Part shown: in pieces, positions 53,019 to 64,000 of the stretch
Numbering within the stretch: position 1 is the first letter of the stretch
Layout: each line of letters starts with the position of its first letter
Source: Eledone cirrhosa
Lineage: Eukaryota
Assembly: GCA_964016885.1 (NCBI GenBank)
Contig: OZ024744.1
Location: 70,370,001-70,434,000 of the forward strand
DNA: 64,000 nucleotides
Direction of reading: 5' to 3'
Notes under the pieces: model-generated
Seen by the model: only the letters and a program-made list of their open reading frames with translations
What the model was told of the DNA's origin: nothing
Databases searched by the model: none
Translations under genes and position numbers: made by a program

Positions 53019-53349
53019 CACATATTTATATTTATACTTGCACACGGATACACTTGTACAGACATAAGTGTAGCTACAAACAAGAAATGAGAGTTAGAGG
53101 GTTCGATATTTCCTACGCTTATCATACGTTGTATGGAATATTCCTTGTTTTCAGATCCCCCTTTCAGTTAGATAACTAGTGTTTCTAAGTGTATGTTTTT
53201 ACTAGTATTAGCTTTGTTTGAACGGATTGGAGGTCAAGGCTATATATGATTTGGAGGACAGAGAGATAGATGAATGCGTTAACAATCATATATATAAATA
53301 TGTGTGTGTGTGTCTGTGTGTATAAGTGTCAGTATATTTAGATGTTTGA

Positions 53350-53572
<223 letters not shown>

Positions 53573-53617
53573 AAAGAAACGAGGAAGTTTCGTTTAAATA
53601 TGAAAAATATATATATG

Positions 53618-53722
<105 letters not shown>

Positions 53723-55416
53723 AAGGTGGATACTTGTGTACATATACTTGTGTGTGTATGTGGTTTATTTGCGGAGCCTTTCTTCCCATTTGCTTAATTC
53801 ACATAGACACAGAAAGTCCTACCACCGACTTCCTCTTCGGTTCATTGTGCACTCCACTCTGAGTGGTGAAATATATCGCTCAGATAAATGAACTAAGATT
53901 GCACTGCTTAGATCCACGTGTGTATTTCTACAACATATGTGTGTGTCTCTGTGTATGTGTGTGTATACAGAGTAGTGAGGTATGTGTAAGTTTTAATTAG
54001 CAAGACAATTAATCTTAAAACCAATTAAGCATTTGTCACGCGTTCTTAAAGACACCATATCAGCGCTTCACATCTAAGAAATTTGAAAGGGTGGGGGCTA
54101 TATGTTCTTACTAGATATGCTAGAAATAGCAGGCAAACTTTCTGTAATCACATTTTACTGTCTTAAGATAGATAGGCTTAAATGTTAGAAATATCAGCCA
54201 GATTTCTCCTTCTAATTATAACCAACTCTCTTAGATTAGAAAAAAATGCTGAATTGTTAGAAATGGTAGTCAAATCTCCCTCACATTAGATATTATCCTA
54301 GCAAATGATAATGTAGAAGAAATGGTTGTCAATCTTTCCTTCAAATCTCACTCCGTTGTTTTTGTATAAATGGTGTCAGTATTCAATAGATACATTTAGT
54401 TTAATGTAATCTTCAGACAAAATCAGTACGAGACATTCATCATCATCACATATAGCGTCCATTTTTCCATGTTTGCATGGGTTAGACGGGTCGTCCACAC
54501 CGGGAGGCAAGTCTAACTAGAGTTGGCCTTGCCGCACCTTGCTCCGATGAGGACTGTAAATTTAACCGGGTATTTTATAGCTGATTGCGCTTCCTAACAC
54601 CAACAACATTTACAGTGTGAAACTGTAAATTTGGGCAGGTGTTTTACAGCTGGATGCCCTTCCTAACACCAACAACATTTACAGTGTGGAACTGGATGGG
54701 TGGCACCGTTATGAGAAGGGACAGGCCAGTTGGCCGTGTGAACTCGTCTCACAGCGGAACCATAGTTTGGGAGCCCTGTACTGGATGGCACCGATACGAG
54801 GAGCCTGTGGCAAAAAATGCAAAAATGAGCTTTCAATTACAGGTACAGTCCATCTTGTATTGCAGTGTAAATGGCTGAGTATTCCACAAACTCGTGTACT
54901 CAGAATAAGCGTAACACTGTGGAACATGTGGAGGCGCGTGGCCTAATGGTAAGAGTGTCGGACCTACGATCATAATATCGTGGGTTCGATTCCTGGGCTG
55001 TGTTGTGTGTTGTGGTCTTGAGCAAAACACTTTCTCTTTGCTCCAATATACTCAGGTGAAAATGAGTACCAACAGTAGCTGGAGGGTTAAGAATGCGATG
55101 GTCTGGCTTGCTGTCCAGGTAGGATCTTGTTCTCTCAGTCGCTTCACGCCATGAAACTGGGATAAGAACCGGCCTAACGATCCTTAAATGGCTTAAGACA
55201 GACTGTGGAACATAGTTAAACCTTTGAATTACAGAAGCCATCTATCTAACGGACTAACAAACAATTTCTTACCAGCCCAATTCCACTCACAAGGCTTTGG
55301 TCGACTTGAGGCTATGGTAAAGACACATTTGTATGAAAAGGCTCACAATGAGATCGAAGCAGGGCGCTATTAACTGGCAATTTATGTATGCACTGAGCTA
55401 TGTGGAGGGTGGGTAG

Positions 55417-55610
55417 CTAGGTACATAGGTAGTTAGGTAGGTAGGTAGGTTGGTAGGTTGGGATGTAGGTAGGTAGGTAGGTAGGTAGGTAGGTAGGTTG
55501 GTAGGTAGGTAGGTAGGTAGGTAGGTAGGTAGGTAGGTAGGTAGGTAGGTAGGTAGGTAGGTAGGTAGGTAGGTAGGTAGGTAGGTAGGTAGATAGGTGG
55601 GTGGGTAGGT
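55417..55610. repeat. (TAGG)n microsatellite
   Basis: Direct reading. Confidence 0.95.
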
Positions 55611-56072
55611 GTATAAACAGACGCACAGACAGAAAATTGAACACGGAGACAAGCAAAGAGAAAACAAAATTAGATGAAGATTAAAATAACATGGCATAAT
55701 GTCATTGAGAATAACGAAAATAGATATGTGTGTACGTATGGATGCATACATACACACACACATACACACACATACAGACACACACACATAAAAAAATATA
55801 TGTGTATGTATACACACATATATTTATATATATATACACGTATATGATTGTATACATATATGTGAGTTTGTACATATATATATATGTGTGTGTGTGTGTG
55901 TATACATTTGTATATTTGTATGTATGTAAATATATAGATACATTTATATATATATACATATATATATACATATGTATATATACATATATATATACATATG
56001 TATATCTATATGTATATATAAATATATACATATCTATCTATCTATGTATATATATATATATATATATATATA

Positions 56073-56316
56073 CACGCAGAAGAGACTGAGGTTAGCTGGA
56101 CATGCTCACCGACATCCAGAGTTGGCATTGCACTCAGTGCTCCTGTGGGAGCCCCTACATGGACACACTGGAAGAGGAAGACCAAGGTTAACGTATGTTG
56201 ATGCCCCAAGGACAGACACTGGTCTGTTGGAGAGGCAGGACATGGCAGCGATAATGAGGGACAGAGACCGCTGGAGAGAATTCGTCCATGGATCTCGGGA
56301 ATTTTACCCGCCCTAG

Positions 56317-56318
<2 letters not shown>
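56073..56318 (+). mobile_element. RTE LINE 3' fragment
   Basis: [14 protein letters not shown]...HGSREFYPP*. Confidence 0.9.
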
Positions 56319-56395
<77 letters not shown>

Positions 56396-56716
56396 TATAT
56401 ATACATATGTGTGTGTGTGTGTGTGTTCATTCTTCTATCCTTTTACTGATTTCAGTTGCTAGAACGCACACAACCTGAAAAGGCGTTATATTACAGGACA
56501 TAATAAACATATGCTCTGAACACAGTCAAACACATACACATATATACATACGACGGGCTTCCTCGCAGTTTCCGCCAACCAGATTTCACCAACAAGTCAA
56601 ACAAGTTATATAGTAGAAGACATGCATGTGACTGCAAAAAAGAGAACTTAAACCTTCCAGAAATATCAGTCACCTATACACCTATATGAGTGTATGCGTG
56701 TGTGTCTGTGTATATA

Positions 56717-56772
<56 letters not shown>

Positions 56773-56787
56773 TATGTATATGTGTAT

Positions 56788-56934
<147 letters not shown>

Positions 56935-57045
56935 TATATATATATACATATATATATATATACTGTATATGTATATGTATGTATATATCTGTATATATAT
57001 ATATGTGTATGTATATATGTGTATGTATATGTGTACGTATATATG

Positions 57046-57078
<33 letters not shown>

Positions 57079-57653
57079 ATGTATTTATATATATATATAT
57101 ATATAGGGCAGTAGTAAATATCAAATATTGGTAGTGCACTCAATCCCTGATGTGGTGAGGGGTTAAGTTGTAGTATTACATAAACATTTTATTATTACAT
57201 CAACCGTACCAGTAATACACTGGGTATTTATGTATATATACACTCGATATGCAAATTAGGCTGCTCAACCGTTAATATGCATAAGGGAAGGGTATATACT
57301 TTCAGACGTTCAATCATCTGACAGAAAGGTATACGATTCTGACGATAGCTAATAAGCTTGAAACTAGTACATCGTTCCTGTGTCAGTGTTGAACAAAAGG
57401 GCGGCGATGGTTGCCGAGCACTGTACGGCGTAATTCGGGCTGTTTGTTTACAAACAAACCGAGCATTATAATAAATGTTCGGTAAACCCATACGTATATA
57501 TATATATATTTGTAGTAAGGTCCTTCAGAGTAGAGTATAATATTATGGAAAACGAAGAATCAGTGATGCATCGGAACACAATTTATCAACGTATTATAAT
57601 TGTTTCTCCAGCGAACAGCTGGAGGTGCGATCTGTTTGTGGATCAAACTAGAC

Positions 57654-57838
57654 TCTTTGGGAGCCCCTGCATGGACAAACTGGAAGAGAAAGACCAAGGT
57701 TAACATTTGTTGATGCCCTAAGGACAGATACTGGTCTCTTGGAGACGCAGGACAGGGGGTCGATGATGAGCGACAGAGACCGCTGGAGAGAACTCGTCCA
57801 TGGATCTCGGGAATTTTACCCGCCCTAGATAGATAGAT
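57654..57838 (+). mobile_element. RTE LINE 3' fragment with (TAGA)n tail
   Basis: Matches the 3' end of 44465-47575. Confidence 0.9.
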
Positions 57839-57846
57839 ATATTATA

Positions 57847-57927
<81 letters not shown>

Positions 57928-58428
57928 ATATACATATAAATATATATATATATATACCATGTATATATATCATATATATATATAGATATATACCATATAT
58001 ATATATATGTGTGTGATATATATTTCGTTTTTGAAATTAAAGTGAAAACCAACAAGTGCATGTGTTATTCAGAGGTCTATCACGTTTTTGAGACTTACAA
58101 TTTTAAATCAGTTGGTGAAAACATTGCAAATACTACCGCGATCCTTTCAGGCCAATGTTAAACTAAGGGCAATTTGGCATTTCTATCTTTACTCAAATTT
58201 TGAAAGTGCGGCTATATATGTCCCGAAAAGTTGATAGATTTAAAGATGAAGGAAAACTCACGGTCTGAATCAAATATACAAAACACTAGGTCAATCTGAA
58301 AAAATTCTTCATAAAAACTTCAATACAGTCCCATCTTAAAAACGATATGTGTGCGTGTTGTTTGTGTGTGTTTATGAGAATGCGAATATGTATGCATATA
58401 TGAATGACTGTATGTATTTATATATATA

Positions 58429-58536
<108 letters not shown>

Positions 58537-58608
58537 CATGCATGCATCAGACATTTTTTTCCAATTGCAACCCGCCCGTGCCCTCAATCTTTCTTATTTC
58601 TCATTCTT

Positions 58609-58644
58609 TCTTCTGATGAAGGACTAGCGTCCGAAACGTTAAGA
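58609..58644 (+). ncRNA. minimal type I hammerhead (Penelope pLTR type)
   Basis: TCTT-CTGATGA-A-GGAC TAGC GTCC-GAAAC-GTT-AAGA; palindromic ACGT stem III. Confidence 0.8.
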
Positions 58645-58720
58645 CCCCCTTCCTGCTATATCAAGCGTTAACCTAATATATCACAATATGATTGTGTTGT
58701 TATTTCTGTTTACTTTTTAA

Positions 58721-58786
<66 letters not shown>

Positions 58787-58836
58787 ATTAAGTCAAATAT
58801 GTAAAATTTAGCTTCGTTTATTATAAATTAAAAATT

Positions 58837-58895
58837 ACTGCTATATATATATATTTCGGTGACAGCCATCATTGGCTGTGACCTCTTGAGGCAGT
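58837..58895 (-). ncRNA. decayed hammerhead related to 21186-21243
   Basis: ACTGC-CTCAAGA-GGTCACAGCCA ATGA TGGCTGTCACC-GAAA-(TA)n-GCAGT; core G5 lost. Confidence 0.55.
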
Positions 58896-58986
58896 CCGAA
58901 TAGGTGTGGAAAAGACAGGTGCACATGTTGTTGAAGTGTGTTTTATTCCGTCAATACATCGATATGTCCAGCTCCTGGGTGTGTTG

Positions 58987-59070
<84 letters not shown>

Positions 59071-59610
59071 GTGCGTGTGAGTATAAGTAAATATATAAGT
59101 AATATATGTGTGTGTAATACACACACATATGTTGTATATGTATACACACTGTGTATACATATACATACACATATACTATTTCACATTAACTGGCCCTGCT
59201 CTCTTTCATATCATACCAAAATACACCAGAACAGAATAAAATCCTATAAAATTCAAAAGATCCCTGGACAAGTTCCACAGAATTCTGGATAAACCTCCTA
59301 CATTCATTAGAGTGGGCCATGGTGTCCTCCAAAACGTGACTGCAGTGCGAAGATTTATCCAAGATAGAAATTATGCAGTGTGAAGATTTATTAAGATAGA
59401 AATTTCCTAGGCAAGTAGTGATCTAAACATATCAAAGTTGTTTATATACGTATATATAAATATATATATATGTGTGTGTGTGTGTATGGAGCCGTGTTTG
59501 TGTGTATGGATAGAGTCGTAGAAACACCGTATTGACATACGGTGTTTCTTGGACATTTTAAGCCCGGCGGAGTCCATCCCTCTCCAGATATATGTATATG
59601 TGTGTATATA

Positions 59611-59715
<105 letters not shown>

Positions 59716-59749
59716 TTAAATATATACATACACTTAAATATATATAGCT

Positions 59750-59804
<55 letters not shown>

Positions 59805-59877
59805 CGTGTGTGTGTGTTAGGTAATTACGAAGGTAATGGAGTAGTTATATTTTGTGTTGCTCACTCTAATTAATTAA

Positions 59878-59914
<37 letters not shown>

Positions 59915-60210
59915 TTGTAGCTTATGTGACATTAATACGGTTGAACTGGTTTGTATGTTCTATAGTCAGTAGGAAGTACCCTATTGTATGTTCTTTGAGA
60001 TTGAAGTCCAGTCTCTGACAGGAAGATTCTATCATAAACTGTGTACAAATAGAAAAAGTTCTATTAATTTCATATTCTTTACTGTTTATTTCTTTATATA
60101 CCTCTTAATATATACTTGAATTAGCTCGTTTTGCTCAAAGGTTTTAACACCATCCCGTAATTTTGAACGCGAGACTTTCCAGGTTTCCGGAGTCAATTCC
60201 TACATTATAT

Positions 60211-60327
<117 letters not shown>

Positions 60328-60399
60328 GATATGTAAGTATATATATATATATTTCAACCCCATGGATTTTATCTGTTATATTCCTTTGTTATATTTCGA

Positions 60400-60457
60400 A
60401 TACCTGATGATATCACCGGATTCATACGGAACCCGGTCATTGAAATGATCATAGTAT
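60400..60457 (+). ncRNA. type I hammerhead ribozyme
   Basis: ATAC-CTGATGA(60404)-..ACCGG..CCGGT..-GAAA(60442)-TGATCAT-A-GTAT; palindromic ATGATCAT. Confidence 0.7.
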
Positions 60458-60546
60458 AATAAACCTTTCAAGGATTTACTCAAGTCCAGCCTCCTGTTAT
60501 TATATTATAATTATTATATATATATATTTATATATACCTATACATA

Positions 60547-60676
<130 letters not shown>

Positions 60677-60816
60677 TGTGTGTGTGTGTGTGTGTGTGTG
60701 TCGGGTTCAATCGGGGGTAACCACAGTAAGTAATGTATTCAATACAGAACAGAGTATATATATATATTTATATATATATATTTATATATATATATATATA
60801 TTTAATATAGAAATGG

Positions 60817-60863
60817 CTTCTACAGGACTAGAACTGTTTCATTCGAAGGAAATCATCAGGAAA
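60817..60863 (-). ncRNA. type I hammerhead ribozyme
   Basis: Minus strand: TTTC-CTGATGA-T TTC CTTC GAA T-GAAA-CAG TTCTAGTC CTG-TA-GAAG. Confidence 0.7.
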
Positions 60864-61154
60864 TGCTATAATTTTATATGTATGCTGCGACAGTTACTTC
60901 AATCCTACTTATTAAATATATATATATGTGAAGGCATGTGGCTGAGTGGTTAAAGAATTGGATTCGCAATCGTGAGGTTGTGGGTTCCTGGACCGGGCGA
61001 TGCGTTATGTCCTTGAGCAAGACACTTTATCTCACATTGCTCCTTCTACCTGGAGTTGCGACCGATAGATAGTATTAGCAATTGGAAAAAGCAACGGAAA
61101 CATTGTTTGCTCGGTCCGATTTGACGAAAGTCGATCGTTCCTAATATATATAAA

Positions 61155-61341
61155 TGTTTCTACTTTTGGCACAAGGCCAGCAATTACCCAGTGCATTACT
61201 GGTACTTTATTTTATCGACCCCGTAAGGATGAAAGACAAAGTTAACCTCGGCGGGATTTGAACTCAGAATGGAAAGGGCCGTAACTCTATACTTCAAAGC
61301 ATGGCGTCCGACCCTCTACCGATACTGCCAGTCCACCGCCC
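61155..61341 (-). mobile_element. SINE family A with TSD
   Basis: GTTCCTAATATATATA on both sides. Confidence 0.9.
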
Positions 61342-61647
61342 TTGTTCCTAATATATATAATGTTGTCGCAGCATATATATATAAAATCGTTTCAATATTG
61401 ATCAGCTCAAAGTACAGTTATAATGATCTGGACCTGACTCTTCCTCGACATCTCATCAGATATGCGAGATTATATGTACAACAAGACATGCTGCAACAGC
61501 GACTTCGATCCTACTTACTATAGTTACACTCTGCACACCATAACCGCCTAAACTCTGGAATACGACACAAAACCAGACGAACCTTGTAACAGCGTCGAGT
61601 ACTTCAAATGGTTGCACTACCTATACATGGAGTTACACACTTAACTA

Positions 61648-61698
<51 letters not shown>

Positions 61699-61761
61699 TG
61701 CATATACATATATATATATTTGTATGTATATACGTATGTATATAAATATATATATATAAAC

Positions 61762-61808
<47 letters not shown>

Positions 61809-61816
61809 GGAATACT

Positions 61817-61928
61817 TGTTTCTACTTTAGGCACAAGGCCAGCAATTACCCAGTGCATTACTGGTACTTTATTTTATCGACCCCGTAAGGATGAAAGGCA
61901 AAGTCAACCTCGGCGGGATTTGAACTCA
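61817..61928 (-). mobile_element. 5'-truncated SINE family A with TSD
   Basis: TATTATGGAATACT on both sides. Confidence 0.9.
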
Positions 61929-61979
61929 TATATTATGGAATACTGTTGGCTTTTTGCTACAATGTTTTCTATGCCTTTC

Positions 61980-62075
<96 letters not shown>

Positions 62076-62231
62076 GTATGTATGTATACAGAGTCCTCCC
62101 CCCACAAAATATATATTTCGTAGAGGGGGGGGACTCTGTATACAAACATATGTATATATAAATACATACATATATATATATACACATATATATATATATA
62201 TGTTTGTATATTCATACATATATATATACAT

Positions 62232-62605
62232 GGTGGCTGCCAACTCGTTTTCGAGTACGGCCACTACTTTATATCCATGTAGGAGAACCCCTACCGATGC
62301 GCTAAACAAGTGTGACTTTTTAGTCCAGCCAGCGACTTGAAAACTCTGGTACAAACACTACACCTGTGACAATTATTGACACATAATGCTGGGCCCATGG
62401 TACCATGTGATGACAAGTGCAGAGAGATCTCCAGATATAAAGCAATGCCTGTGCCGTGAAGCTTTTATAGTGAGCAAAGACACTGCACAAAGCCAGTCCC
62501 ACTCTCTTAACCAGGATGATATTTACCAAAAAGAAGAACAAGTCAACATCATTGGATACCTTCAGGGTTGCAGGTGTTATATCAGAGTTTTCCTTCTCCT
62601 AGAAT
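62232..62605 (-). mobile_element. 5'-truncated bipartite RTE-derived element
   Basis: Reverse complement of the 3' half of 30637-31244; encodes CSVC-x12-H-x4-H. Confidence 0.8.
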
Positions 62606-62645
62606 ATATATACATACGTACATACATACATACAAATATATATAT

Positions 62646-62708
<63 letters not shown>

Positions 62709-63431
62709 TATATATATATATATAGATATACAGATATATATATATATATATATACAGATATATATAAACGTTTCGAGTTAGAAGACCAAACCAATGCAAC
62801 GCTTCAAGTAAACTACAATATATATTTAATATATAAATATATATATATACGTACATACATATATATGTGTCTGTGTGTGTGTGTATATATATATATATAT
62901 GTGTGTGTGTGTATGTATGTATGTATGTGAATATATATACTAAAATACAGCGTATATATGTATATATATATATATGGAGATTTCAAGTAAATTAAATGAT
63001 TTAATGAGGGATTAATGCAGATTTTTCATTAAAGGCTTCGCTGAGAATGTTCTACTAAATAATCTTTACAAAGACAGACATAAGTAACTATGTGTCTGCA
63101 TTTCGGAATTTATTGTCTTCCCATCATATATATACCATTATGATTTCTTCCTAGTGCTCCGTTTCATGTGACAAGCAGGTTGTAGAATATAGCTAAAATT
63201 AGCATTTAATTTGCATACTGGAAATGTTTTTTTGTCATCATAATTAATTAAATAATAAACATTTATGCCAGAATATAGGGATAGTTATTTTCTGATGAGA
63301 AGAAACACGTTATTATATATTTATGTGTACAAAGATTATATATACGTGTGTGTGTGTGTGTATGAGGGGGGATCTCTGTGTGTGTGGGGGGGGGGGGGGG
63401 TGTCTCTCTGTGTGTGGGGGTGTGCGTGTAC

Positions 63432-63488
<57 letters not shown>

Positions 63489-63545
63489 TATAGATAGATA
63501 ATATATATAAATGAGTGTGTATGTATGTATATATATATATACTTG

Positions 63546-63580
<35 letters not shown>

Positions 63581-63646
63581 TATATATACGTACATACATA
63601 CATACATATATATAATATATATACATATATATATACATATATATAT

Positions 63647-63713
<67 letters not shown>

Positions 63714-64000
63714 ATATATATATACATGTGTGTGCATGTCTATTGATATAAGGATATGTGCTAATTATATGCTACTTTTCAAGAAAGCATGCTTCTTTTA
63801 GTAATAAATTTTGGACATGAATGTTTCCTTGAAATTTAAATGTTTAAACTTAAAACCTTATTGAATAACGTATTAAATTACTATATAAATAAATTAAAAA
63901 ATTAACAACTGCCGCGTGTACATGTGTGCGTATGTGGGGGTCAGCGTATGTATGCATATATATAATATATATACATAATATATACATATGTGTATATATA

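Noticed and set aside
63292-63312. CTGATGA-GAA-GAAACACGTT hammerhead-like word
   Set aside because: No stem II and no convincing stem I

Overview
Eukaryotic, AT-rich, non-genic (intronic or intergenic) DNA saturated with microsatellites: (TA)n, (CA)n, (GA)n, (TACA)n, (CAT)n. The tRNA-derived SINE families and the overall repeat landscape suggest an octopod cephalopod genome (inference). No host protein-coding gene is confidently seen, and almost all listed ORFs are microsatellite translations. Mobile elements: a near-full-length RTE-clade LINE with three lesions (44465-47575, -); R4/Dong-type and CRE-type RLE-LINE 3' ends; CR1/L2 and RTE-BovB relics; a decayed Gypsy element; a Penelope-like GIY-YIG end; hAT and Tc1/mariner MITEs; a bipartite RTE-derived non-autonomous element; and many SINEs. 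The most notable signal is RNA-structural. A head-to-tail array of ~4.8 apparently identical 310-bp units (18891-20366) carries a complete type I hammerhead ribozyme in each unit (retrozyme/circRNA-like). A related diverged family at 4221-4790 carries a hammerhead with the compensatory U3-A8 core. More than a dozen further intact or decayed hammerheads, of several unrelated families, sit in short, often fold-back, Penelope pLTR-like insertions. All structures were paired by eye; no folding software or database search was run.
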